This document shows positions 55,135 through 64,000 of a DNA stretch of 64,000 nt, in pieces. The stretch spans positions 1-64,000 of IMG/VR virus record IMGVR_UViG_3300012016_000001. One strand, 5' to 3'. Source of the stretch: a virus (Duplodnaviria; Heunggongvirae; Uroviricota; Caudoviricetes). The notes beneath the pieces were generated by a model. The model worked only from the letters and a program-made list of their open reading frames with translations, was not told the DNA's origin and did no database searches. The stretch's first letter is position 1, and each line of letters begins with the position of its first letter. The position numbers and the translations under genes are program-made.

Positions 55135-57388
55135 TCAAACATCTTTCTATTCTAGATTTTCTAGAATTTCTATAAAAGAATCTTTAGATATTATAAAACA
55201 ATGGGAAAGTATTCAATATGACTCTGAGACTCTTGGTAAGGATGCTCACTGTGGTAAACCTCTTTCTGCGCAATTTGGTTCTCCTAAAAAGGATATTCAA
55301 ATTGTAGTTGATTGGACAACAGTAGATGCTCGTAATTATAAGGAAGTTTTAGAAAGTAAACTAATTGTAGGTCAGAATTTAAAGTTTGATTTACAATGGT
55401 TATATAACTATAGTATTACTCCCTTAAGAGTATATGATACTATGATTGCTGAGCAACTCATTTATTTAGGATTTCCTCCTGCAGGTAAACCAGGAGGAAT
55501 ATCCTATGCTTTGAATGAAATTGCGATGCGTTATCTTGGTAAGTATATTGATAAAACTGTTAGAGGTCAGATTCAGTGGAGAGGATTAGATGATGACGTA
55601 ATAGAATATGCAGCAAACGATGTAGTAGACCTAGTAGATATAGCTAAAAAGCAAATAGAGATATGTAAAGAACGTAAATGTATGCGAGCTCTTCAAATTG
55701 AAATGTCTTTTGTTCCTGTTATAGCTTACTTAGAGTGGTGTGGAATTAAATTAGACGTTACTAAATGGAAAGCTAAGATGCAAAAAGACGAAAATAATAG
55801 ACTTAATAGACTTGAAAAATTAAATCAATTCCTTGTTAAATGGTATCAAGATAATAATGGAAAAGATAATATGGTTAGTGTTCCGTATATAGTATCTTCC
55901 TTTATAAAGGAGAATATACAAGAACCTCCACCTAATGCTAAACCTACTTCTCGCCCATATAAAAAGGAGGGAAATGAAGACGATCTTTTCCAGAATTATT
56001 CTATTCCATTCTATATTACAAATAAAAGTGGAAAGATAATCCCATTTATAAAAATAGATTTACAAGGTGATTTATTTCTAGGTTTTAATACCGGTCCACA
56101 ATGTGTACTTAATTGGGATAGTTCTGACCAAGTTATTTATTTCTGTCAACTACTAGGATTTAATACTAAAGTAGAAGATAAAGTTACTGGTGAAGATAAA
56201 GATTCTGTAGTGGAAAAGGCTCTAAAAGTCCAAAAAGGAATAAATGATGAATTTTTAAATCTATATTTTGATTATAAAGAAGCATCTAAAGTGTGTAGTA
56301 CTTATGGTCAAACATATCTAAATGCAATTAATCCTAATACAGGAAGAATTCATACTAACTTTAAGCAATTAGGAGCTTCATCAGGAAGAATGGCATGTGG
56401 AAGTAAACAAGCTAATGATGATTTAGCTAAACTTAAACACGAAGAACTTTCTAAACTACCTTCTAAATTAAGAAAATGTGGTTATCCACAATTACAAAAT
56501 CTTCCAGCTGACCATGATACTAGAGGGGCATTTGTACCTGAAAAAGGAAATCTAATGTGTTCTTGTGATTATTCTGCTCTAGAAAGTAGACTTGGTGCAG
56601 ATATATATCAAGAACAATCTATGATAGATGAATATCTATATGGTACTGGAGATATTCATTCTTTAACAGCTAAACATTGTTTTCCTAAAGAACTAGAAGG
56701 TATTGAAATTAAAGATATTAAGAAACTTAGACCTGATTTGAGAAGTAGAGCTAAGCCAGTAGAATTTTCTCAACAATTTGGAGGAAGTGCAAAAGCTATT
56801 CAAAGTGCTTTAGGTTGTACTGCAGCAGAGGCAAAAGAAATAGCAGAAGCATATAACAGTGGTTTTGCTGGTATAGCACGCTTCAAAGATATAGGGTTTA
56901 AGAAAGTATGTAGAGATGGTTATGTTCTTATATGTAAATATACTGGACATAGAACTTATATGCCAGATTGGCCAGAGTGGAGAAAGGCTATGGATGATGA
57001 AGAATTTTGGGATGAATATGATGCTGCTAAAGACACTTTACCATATAAAGAGTTTAGTAAAACAGCAGTCTATCATAAAGCTTCTGAATTAAGAAAAACT
57101 TCTTCTAAATGGTCTAGACTAGCTCTTAATTCTCCTACTCAAGGTACTGGCATTATCATTTTAAAAGATGCTATGTCTAACTTCTTTAAATGGATAATTG
57201 ATAATAAGTTATTCAATATAGTTAAAATATGTGATTTAGTACATGATGAAGCTGTAATCGAATATCCAAAATCTATGCCAGAAGTAGCTAACATTCTCAA
57301 GGATATAATGGAAAAGTCCGCAGAAAAATTCTGTAAGGCTTTACCTATTCCTGCTGCTCCAGAAGTTGGAATGTGCTGGTTGCATTAA
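55115..57388 (+). CDS. DNA polymerase I family (Pol A) with 3'-5' exonuclease domain
   Basis: Pol A motif A CDYSALESRL, motif B RSRAKPVEFSQQFGGSA, motif C LVHDEAVIE. N-terminal exonuclease-like region. Confidence 0.9.
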   Translation: MIYVVSNQTSFYSRFSRISIKESLDIIKQWESIQYDSETLGKDAHCGKPLSAQFGSPKKDIQIVVDWTTVDARNYKEVLESKLIVGQNLKFDLQWLYNYSITPLRVYDTMIAEQLIYLGFPPAGKPGGISYALNEIAMRYLGKYIDKTVRGQIQWRGLDDDVIEYAANDVVDLVDIAKKQIEICKERKCMRALQIEMSFVPVIAYLEWCGIKLDVTKWKAKMQKDENNRLNRLEKLNQFLVKWYQDNNGKDNMVSVPYIVSSFIKENIQEPPPNAKPTSRPYKKEGNEDDLFQNYSIPFYITNKSGKIIPFIKIDLQGDLFLGFNTGPQCVLNWDSSDQVIYFCQLLGFNTKVEDKVTGEDKDSVVEKALKVQKGINDEFLNLYFDYKEASKVCSTYGQTYLNAINPNTGRIHTNFKQLGASSGRMACGSKQANDDLAKLKHEELSKLPSKLRKCGYPQLQNLPADHDTRGAFVPEKGNLMCSCDYSALESRLGADIYQEQSMIDEYLYGTGDIHSLTAKHCFPKELEGIEIKDIKKLRPDLRSRAKPVEFSQQFGGSAKAIQSALGCTAAEAKEIAEAYNSGFAGIARFKDIGFKKVCRDGYVLICKYTGHRTYMPDWPEWRKAMDDEEFWDEYDAAKDTLPYKEFSKTAVYHKASELRKTSSKWSRLALNSPTQGTGIIILKDAMSNFFKWIIDNKLFNIVKICDLVHDEAVIEYPKSMPEVANILKDIMEKSAEKFCKALPIPAAPEVGMCWLH

Positions 57389-57418
57389 CTTGTTTTAACA
57401 CATTAAACTTTAAATATT

Positions 57419-58009
57419 ATGAACAAAAGATGTAGATTACTTTTAACAGCTAAGTGTCCTAACAACTGTCCATTATGTTGCAATAAGCAATTCAATTTGG
57501 AAAAGGACGTTCCCGTCATTGATAGATGGGATTACGATGAATTTATCCTTACGGGTGGAGAACCTTTACAATTCCCTATTTCAGTTATTGAAACTATTCA
57601 TAACATTAGTGCTGTAACTGATTATATGGGAATTAACCCTAAGTTTTATCTGTATACGTCAATTTGTAATCCTATAGTATGGAATGAATTACTTTCATAT
57701 TTAAATGGGATTACTTATACGACTCATACTAGGGCTAATGCTAAAGAACTGATTCAATTGATTGGAGTATTTAAGAATCTTAATGCCGGTTATGATGAAG
57801 TTCTTCCAAACCTCTGTAACATTCAAAATAAGTCTGTATGGTTAAATCTATTCCCAGAAGCCAAAGACTTAATTGATACAGAATTAGCTATGACCTCATA
57901 TAGTTGGGATGACATATCCAGGTATTTTCGTATTAAACCAATGGAATGGCTAGAAAACTGTCCAGTTCCTGAAGGTGAAGACTTTAGAAGAATTAATAAT
58001 CTTTGGTAA
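57419..58009 (+). CDS. radical SAM protein (QueE / 7-carboxy-7-deazaguanine-synthase-like)
   Basis: CPNNCPLCC (Cx3Cx2C) and ILTGGEPL resemble QueE and small radical SAM activases. Confidence 0.45.
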   Translation: MNKRCRLLLTAKCPNNCPLCCNKQFNLEKDVPVIDRWDYDEFILTGGEPLQFPISVIETIHNISAVTDYMGINPKFYLYTSICNPIVWNELLSYLNGITYTTHTRANAKELIQLIGVFKNLNAGYDEVLPNLCNIQNKSVWLNLFPEAKDLIDTELAMTSYSWDDISRYFRIKPMEWLENCPVPEGEDFRRINNLW

Positions 58010-58492
58010 AATATGTGGATAGCACGTGATTATGATGGTAGTCTTTACATGGGTAAAGATAAACCTACCAGAGGTACTAGAAAAATGTGGCTGTGGAAGG
58101 ATCAACCTTCCCAGTCTATTCTAATGGAAGGTTTTCCTTTTGAAGATCTTCCTAACTTTATAAAAGAGTTAGAATGGAAAGATGCTCCTATCCAAGTTAA
58201 ATTTGAAATCAAGAAAAAATGACAGTACAAGTCATCATTAGTAAAGATATTGAAGATACTTCTGTAGAAGAAATATCTGAATACTTGGATCTGAGATATT
58301 TAATTACACATGGTTGGATTATAGATAATATTAGTTCTATATGATAAATATAATTTTAACTATCATTGGGATACTACTAATCATTAATTTAGTATCGTTT
58401 GCTTGGGCTATATATAAAGCCCCATATATGGAAGATTATGAAGATTATCTTATTAGGACAGAATCTAATTATTTAGGACAACGGATTAAAGA

Positions 58493-59458
58493 ATGAATTT
58501 TATTGAACCTTCTGTTGAAATTATCCAGCAAGAGCCTGGAATTGATGGAATGATGAAGATTATTGAATTAGCAGGTAGAACTGCTTATAAGTCAGAAGAT
58601 CATATAACAGAAGATTCAGCAATAAAATTCGTTAAGATGTTAAAGCAAAGAGACCATGGTGCTGCTTTAGAACATGGTACTTGTTATCTTGCTATTCCAA
58701 GAGATAAATGGAAAGAAATTGTAGATGATTTTAAAACTCCATATAAGTGGAATGGATTTGATCATAGAAACTCAGATTTCGTTTATCTAACTACTAATTA
58801 TAGAGTATTAGTAGAGAATAATCATGAACAATTACTAGATTTTATAGTAACTCCAACTGAAGATGAATTCCAATGGAATGATGGTGTGTATCAGCATTTT
58901 CATAGGAGAATTACTGTAAAGTTTATATGTGATAGAGGAGTAAGCCATGAATTTGTTAGACATCGTGTATTTAGTTTCCTACAAGAAAGTACTAGATACT
59001 GTAATTATAGTAAAGATAAGTTTGGAGGAGTGACATATGTTATTCCTAGATGGATACATGATTTGCAACAAGAAGAGGCTAAATATGTAGATTCTCTTAC
59101 TGGAGTACCAAGAGATCATGTATTAAATGAGGAAGGAATTGCTCTCGTAATGACTCTAGCAGTATTAGATAGAACAGGTGCTGACTTTGTAAATGCATTA
59201 GAACAAGCAGAACGTTCTTATCTAAATATGTTAGGAGGATATGACGGGTATAAGTTAACTCCTCAACAAGCTCGCCAGGTCCTTCCTAATGCTCTTAAAA
59301 CTGAACTAATAATGACAGGTACTATAGAACAATGGGAAGGATTTTTCAAGCTAAGATGCGCACCTAATGCACATCCTGATGCTAGATATTTAGCTATGCA
59401 ACTACGTACTATGTTTGAAGAAAATGGTTATATTAAAAAATTACCTGAACAAGATTAA
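58493..59458 (+). CDS. thyX: flavin-dependent thymidylate synthase ThyX
   Basis: ThyX signature RHRVFSFLQESTRY (RHRx7-8S). Confidence 0.9.
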   Translation: MNFIEPSVEIIQQEPGIDGMMKIIELAGRTAYKSEDHITEDSAIKFVKMLKQRDHGAALEHGTCYLAIPRDKWKEIVDDFKTPYKWNGFDHRNSDFVYLTTNYRVLVENNHEQLLDFIVTPTEDEFQWNDGVYQHFHRRITVKFICDRGVSHEFVRHRVFSFLQESTRYCNYSKDKFGGVTYVIPRWIHDLQQEEAKYVDSLTGVPRDHVLNEEGIALVMTLAVLDRTGADFVNALEQAERSYLNMLGGYDGYKLTPQQARQVLPNALKTELIMTGTIEQWEGFFKLRCAPNAHPDARYLAMQLRTMFEENGYIKKLPEQD

Positions 59459-59919
59459 ATGGTGGTGGAGAAATCATAAGTGGATAGACAAAAGAAAATT
59501 TTACGTATTGCCTAAGGAGTATGACGTATTTTGGTTAAATTCTTGGCAGAAGGAAAAAGCAAAAAGTTTTAAAAAAGAACATAAATCCAACTTCTACCAG
59601 TATAGATTTACTCCTGGACCAATAGGTGTAGGCTGTAGTATTTGGTGTGAAGATTGTGACCCTTATGATATAACTGATTATGATATATGGTAAATGAAGA
59701 AAAACAACAAAAAGTAGAAGCAATGCAGGAACTTCTTGAAAATGAAGATATTAAAAGAATGTGGCTGAAAATGCACACTCCTTGGATACATACAGATAAA
59801 AAGGTAGGACGTAATGAAATATGTCCCTTCTGTGATTCAGGAAAGAAGTATAAGCATTGTGAATGCTATAAGAAGAAAGATGTAGCTAAATTCAGATTAG
59901 ATACAAAACATACAAAAGG

Positions 59920-60537
59920 ATGGAACTAATAAAGAAATATGAGAATGGGGACAACCTGTTCTTTACATCTGATACCCACTTCTATCATGCCAACATTATA
60001 AAGTTTTGTGGTCGTCCATTTGAAGACGTAGAAGAAATGAATAAAACTTTAATAGACAACTGGAACAAAACTGTTGGAAAGAATGATATTGTTTATCATC
60101 TTGGAGACTTTTGCTTTGCAGGTTCAGCTGCATGGTACTCTTTACTTAGTCAATTAAATGGAAGAATTCACTTAATAGTTGGAAATCATGATGAAAAGAA
60201 TCTTAGGCAGGGTTATTCCCAAATGTTTGAGTCAACATCCTATCAGCAGCGCTTACTTATTGAAGGTTATAATGTGTACCTTAATCATTATCCTTATCTG
60301 TGTTATCCAGGGTATAAGCCCTATACAATGCAGCTTTTTGGTCATATTCATAGTAGCCACAATAAGTTTGATGGAATGGACGCTCAAATTGCGAAAGCTC
60401 AGTTACAACCATCTCAATATGATGTGGGAGTAGATTGGAATAACTTTACTCCCATTAGTTGGGAAGAGATAAAACAAAAGATTATTAAACAAAAAGAAGA
60501 AAATGTTAATATGTACGGTAAATCCAAAAAATTATGA
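59920..60537 (+). CDS. metallophosphoesterase
   Basis: Motifs SDTHFYH, HLGDFCF and GNHDEKN match the calcineurin-like phosphoesterase signature. Directly upstream of the NAD cluster. Confidence 0.6.
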   Translation: MELIKKYENGDNLFFTSDTHFYHANIIKFCGRPFEDVEEMNKTLIDNWNKTVGKNDIVYHLGDFCFAGSAAWYSLLSQLNGRIHLIVGNHDEKNLRQGYSQMFESTSYQQRLLIEGYNVYLNHYPYLCYPGYKPYTMQLFGHIHSSHNKFDGMDAQIAKAQLQPSQYDVGVDWNNFTPISWEEIKQKIIKQKEENVNMYGKSKKL

Positions 60538-61103
60538 ACAAAACTCTAATTATCGTAGACCCACAGTATGACTTTATAGAAGGTGGAAAACTTCCAGTAG
60601 AAGGAGGTAAACAAGCGTTAGACAATGTTGTTGATTACCTTAATTCTGGAGAGGTATCTTTAGTCATCATCACACAAGATTGTCATAATGGAATGCATTG
60701 CTCATTTAAAGAGCAAGGAGGACCATGGCCAGAACATTGTGTTGAAGGAACTCATGGAGCAGAAATTTATAAACCTATATTAGATGCTATAGAGAAAAAC
60801 CATATTATGGTCTATTATCTACAGAAAGGACATTACTTAGAAGAGTATTCTGCTTTTCGTAGACAAACAGAAGGATATGCTCACTGGAAAGAGTATTCTA
60901 CAGAAGATGATAGAGAACCTTATATTCAGTTCCATGAAGATGAAATAGTTCAAATTTGTGGATTAGCTGGAGATGTTTGTGTTATGAGGACTGCTATAAT
61001 CCTTAAAGATATCAAACCCGTAATCATTGAAGATTTAACTGCTTCTTTAAATGCTGATAACTTTAGGAAACTTGCAGACATAAATGGAATTACAATAGTA
61101 TGA
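60534..61103 (+). CDS. pncA: nicotinamidase / isochorismatase-family hydrolase (PncA-like)
   Basis: LIIVDPQYDFIEGGKL, catalytic Cys context ITQDCHNGMHCSF, EHCVEGTHGAEI. Confidence 0.75.
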   Translation: MNKTLIIVDPQYDFIEGGKLPVEGGKQALDNVVDYLNSGEVSLVIITQDCHNGMHCSFKEQGGPWPEHCVEGTHGAEIYKPILDAIEKNHIMVYYLQKGHYLEEYSAFRRQTEGYAHWKEYSTEDDREPYIQFHEDEIVQICGLAGDVCVMRTAIILKDIKPVIIEDLTASLNADNFRKLADINGITIV

Positions 61104-61915
61104 TTAATAATCCAGTTTTAGGAGCAATCATAGGGGACATAATAGGTGTTCCCTATGAGTTCCTTCGAGTGCCTGGGACTAGTATTCCTAAGAATTTCCC
61201 ATTGTTCAAGAAAGATAGTCATTATTCAGATGATTCTGTAATGACTCTAGCTGTAGCAAGATGGTTATTAGAAAAAGATTTAAGTTCATCTGCCTTAATA
61301 AAGTGCATGCAGGAAGTTGGACAAGCACATCCAAATGCAGGTTATGGTGGAATGTTCAGAAGATGGCTATGGGATGAAAATCCAGTCCCATATAATAGTT
61401 GGGGAAATGGCTCAGCTATGCGTGTCAGTCCAGTTGCCTGTGCTTTTGATACAGAACAAGATGTCTTGAAATATGCAAAAATATCAGCTGATGTGTCACA
61501 TAATCACCCAGAAGGTGTAAAGGGTGCACAAGCTATTGCTTTTGCTATTTGGGCAGCACAAGATTGTTGGGGAAAAGATCCTATTAAATTTGAAGTAAGA
61601 GATTTTACTCAGTATGATTTAAATAGGACTCCTAGAGAAATCATAGATTCTGGATATTCTTTTGAAGTAAGTTGTCAAAAGTCTGTGCCTGAAGCAATAT
61701 GCTGTTTCTTAGATAGTAATTCTTATGAGGAGACTGTAAGAAAGGCTGTCTTACTTAAAGGAGATACAGATACTCAAGCTTGTATGGCTGGAGCTATAGC
61801 TGCAGCTTATTGGGGAATTCCAGAAGATATTGCAAGAAAAGGTATTGACTTACTTCCTGGAGACCTATTTGATATTTTGTATGATTTTAGTGACGAATTT
61901 AATTTACCATTATGA
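61100..61915 (+). CDS. ADP-ribosylglycohydrolase family protein
   Basis: GAIIGDIIGVPYE, HYSDDSVMTLA and GNGSAMRVSPV are ARH/DraG family signatures. Confidence 0.85.
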   Translation: MINNPVLGAIIGDIIGVPYEFLRVPGTSIPKNFPLFKKDSHYSDDSVMTLAVARWLLEKDLSSSALIKCMQEVGQAHPNAGYGGMFRRWLWDENPVPYNSWGNGSAMRVSPVACAFDTEQDVLKYAKISADVSHNHPEGVKGAQAIAFAIWAAQDCWGKDPIKFEVRDFTQYDLNRTPREIIDSGYSFEVSCQKSVPEAICCFLDSNSYEETVRKAVLLKGDTDTQACMAGAIAAAYWGIPEDIARKGIDLLPGDLFDILYDFSDEFNLPL

Positions 61916-63093
61916 TTTTAAGTATTTTAGACACTGATTTGTATAAGTTTACGACATCGTATGCTTATCAAAAGTTATACCCTAAAGCAATGGGTACGTT
62001 TGAGTATGTAGACAGAAATAACAACGTCTATGAGGATTCTTTTTTAATAGCCTTGAAAGAACAAATTAATATCCTAGAGACTATTAAATTAACACCTTCT
62101 GAATTCTTCAGTATACTTAATAATAAGTGGTTATCTAGATTTATTCCAACTTCTTATTGGGAATGGTTAAAGCAATTTAACTTTGAACCTAATAAGATTA
62201 AAGTCTGGCTTGATGAAAATAAACATTTACATATTACAGTTACTGATTACTTATATAAGGTGACTCTATATGAAGTTCCGTTACTTTATACAGTATCTGA
62301 ATGCTACTATAAGTACTATAATAAGTTAGCTAATTATGATTTGATGTTTGATAATTTAAAACAGAAAATCACTTTTGCTAATGAAGAAAATCTAATATTT
62401 TCTGAATTTGGCACTAGAAGAAGGTATTCTTCTAATATACATGAACAAGTTATTAAATATCTAAAAGATCATTCTAAAACTTGTGTAGGAACTTCTAATG
62501 TTTACTTTGCATTAAAATATGATATGATGCCCTGTGGTACTTTTCCACATGAATGGGTAATGTTCCATGGTGCAGTATGGGGATTTCAACAAGCTAATGA
62601 ACTTGCTATGAGAGACTGGGTAAGATGCTATGATGGAGATTTAGGAACTGTACTTGTAGATACATACACTACTAAATTTTTCTTAAAGCAATTCTCACGT
62701 AAGTATAGTAAGTTGTTTGATGGTCCTCGTATTGACTCTGGAGATGAAAGAGAGCTTGGAGATTTATTCATAGAGCATTATAAAGCTCTTAATATAAATC
62801 CACTTACTAAAACTTTAGTAATGAGTAATGCTCTTACATTTCCTAAGTTTAAAGAGATTAGAGATTATTTTGCTGGACGTATTAATGTTGTCGCTGGAAT
62901 AGGCACTAATCTTACCAATGACTGTGGAGTTGTACCACTCAATGAAGTTATGAAACTTATAGAATGCCAAGAATATGAAGGAGCACCTAAACTCCCTTGT
63001 ATTAAACGTTCTGATGATAAAGGTAAACGTCTGGGCAATGCTGTACAACATGATATCTTAGACCATATTTTATTAAATGCCTCGCAAGTCTAA
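61912..63093 (+). CDS. pncB: nicotinate phosphoribosyltransferase (PncB, NAPRTase)
   Basis: FSEFGTRRRYS, the NAPRTase signature FxxFGTRR. Length 393 aa. Confidence 0.85.
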   Translation: MILSILDTDLYKFTTSYAYQKLYPKAMGTFEYVDRNNNVYEDSFLIALKEQINILETIKLTPSEFFSILNNKWLSRFIPTSYWEWLKQFNFEPNKIKVWLDENKHLHITVTDYLYKVTLYEVPLLYTVSECYYKYYNKLANYDLMFDNLKQKITFANEENLIFSEFGTRRRYSSNIHEQVIKYLKDHSKTCVGTSNVYFALKYDMMPCGTFPHEWVMFHGAVWGFQQANELAMRDWVRCYDGDLGTVLVDTYTTKFFLKQFSRKYSKLFDGPRIDSGDERELGDLFIEHYKALNINPLTKTLVMSNALTFPKFKEIRDYFAGRINVVAGIGTNLTNDCGVVPLNEVMKLIECQEYEGAPKLPCIKRSDDKGKRLGNAVQHDILDHILLNASQV

Positions 63094-63358
63094 TAAAAAG
63101 GAAAAGGTGGTTATGCCTACTAGACCAGTAGGTGTACCACCCAAGCCTAAAGAAAAGTTGACTCCTGGACAAGTCTTGTATTGTTGGTATCCTCCAACTA
63201 ATGAATTCTATAAGAGGGTATATTTAAGAGATTATAAGGGAGAAGATGAAATCTTATGCGCAGATCCAGATACTAAGCAGCAATGGATTTTAAATCAATC
63301 TCATTTACATAGTACAATTTTAACTGAAAAAGAGTATGTGGAACAAATGGATAAATGA
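63077..63358 (+). CDS. hypothetical small protein
   Basis: 93-aa ORF between pncB and nadE. It overlaps the nadE start. Confidence 0.35.
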   Translation: MPRKSNKKEKVVMPTRPVGVPPKPKEKLTPGQVLYCWYPPTNEFYKRVYLRDYKGEDEILCADPDTKQQWILNQSHLHSTILTEKEYVEQMDK

Positions 63359-64000
63359 ATCTGTAGAGTGCCTTAAATGGTATATAGAAAGAAACAAACT
63401 TAAGAGTGTAGTTCTAGGATTAAGTGGAGGTATTGATAGTACTGTATCTGCAGTAATTTGTCATCTAGCTACTAAAGATAATCCTAACTGTACGTTTATC
63501 GGTAGAAGTCTCCCAATTAAAAATGAAGGAGATGATACATCGATAGCTAAAAAGCTTGGACAAGTTCTTTGTAACGATTTTGCAGAAGTGAATTTGTATG
63601 ATTCTTATAAGTTCTTTAGAGATTCATTCTATAAAGAGGAAGAGGAATCAAAGGCTACTCCAATTTCAGATGGAAACATAATGGCTCGTATCCGTATGAT
63701 ATATCTTTATCAACTTGCTTCCCTTTATAAAGGAATGGTTATAGATACGGATAATTTAAGTGAACATCTTTTAGGTTTCTATACACTTCATGGAGATGTT
63801 GGTGACTATAACATAGGAATCAGATACCTCTATAAGCATGAAATATGGGAACTTGCAAAAGAACTGACTAGTTGGGTTCCAAATGCAAAGAAGTTCATAG
63901 AGGAATCTATGGCTCTTGATCCTACAGATGGTAATGTTGGTGGTACAGATATGGACCAGATTGCTCCTGGAATGACATATGCTGATGTTGATTACGTACT
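63336..64000 (+). CDS. nadE: NH3-dependent NAD+ synthetase NadE (3' end truncated by window)
   Basis: PP-loop motif VLGLSGGIDSTV, with a reading frame from the ATG at 63336 that is open to the window end. Not in the ORF track because it is truncated. Confidence 0.85.
   Translation, partial: MWNKWINESVECLKWYIERNKLKSVVLGLSGGIDSTVSAVICHLATKDNPNCTFIGRSLPIKNEGDDTSIAKKLGQVLCNDFAEVNLYDSYKFFRDSFYKEEEESKATPISDGNIMARIRMIYLYQLASLYKGMVIDTDNLSEHLLGFYTLHGDVGDYNIGIRYLYKHEIWELAKELTSWVPNAKKFIEESMALDPTDGNVGGTDMDQIAPGMTYADVDYV

Noticed and set aside
617-63051. All minus-strand ORFs in the track (e.g. 617-805, 7984-8319, 9508-9771, 21245-21616, 24202-24552, 34755-35177, 51855-52199, 62815-63051)
   Set aside because: Each lies inside a longer, motif-bearing plus-strand gene. 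They have skewed low-complexity composition and no supporting signals, so they are shadow ORFs of an AT-rich sequence.
12500-64000. Stop-codon reassignment acting within this window (given the CTA suppressor tRNA)
   Set aside because: Long genes such as Pol A, NrdD, DNA ligase, the sigma factor and the NAD cluster are intact under the standard code, with TAG, TGA and TAA all used as terminators. No adjacent same-frame ORF pairs separated by a single TAG were seen here.
1-64000. CRISPR array or integrase/attachment-site (prophage) interpretation of the tRNA-rich region
   Set aside because: There are no regularly spaced direct repeats with unique spacers. There is no integrase, transposase or recombinase gene. 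The orphan tRNA 3' half is better explained by the complementary 5' half 71 nt downstream than by an attP core.

Overview
This is an AT-rich window with every credible gene on the + strand. Genes are tightly packed with overlapping ATGA/TGATG junctions and carry no Shine-Dalgarno signals. The content (DNA polymerase A, anaerobic RNR NrdD/NrdG, ThyX, dUTPase, DNA ligase, primase, three helicases, a sigma-70 factor, homing endonucleases and a very large tRNA array with a tmRNA) indicates a large virulent bacteriophage, probably of an anaerobic host. Positions 1-2.6 kb hold small hypothetical genes, including a vWA protein. Positions 2.6-12.5 kb form a tRNA island of about 22-25 tRNA genes plus a tmRNA. 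The island includes a putative amber suppressor tRNA (anticodon CTA), permuted tRNA halves, several aberrant tRNA-like sequences, and two previously unnamed families of structured repeats interleaved with the tRNAs. Positions 12.5-23 kb hold RNase H and many small accessory genes, including two paralog families, Cys-rich proteins, and an SPFH lipoprotein flanked by small membrane proteins. Positions 23.8-57.4 kb form the replication, nucleotide-metabolism and RNA-repair module. It contains an SF2 helicase, a Dda-like helicase, a Sak4-like ATPase, primase, an Hjc-like resolvase, dUTPase, DNA ligase, an Rnl2-like RNA ligase, Pnkp, a sigma factor and Pol A. Two genes in this module are split by endonuclease-bearing insertions that look like group I introns: a DnaB-like helicase is split inside its Walker A motif by a LAGLIDADG endonuclease gene, and NrdD is split by an HNH-AP2 endonuclease gene. 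Positions 57.4-64 kb encode a radical-SAM protein, ThyX, and a contiguous NAD+ salvage/biosynthesis cluster (metallophosphoesterase, nicotinamidase PncA, ADP-ribosylglycohydrolase, NAPRTase PncB, NAD synthetase NadE). That cluster is a candidate anti-defense NAD+ reconstitution system. No CRISPR array was seen. No minus-strand gene looks real.
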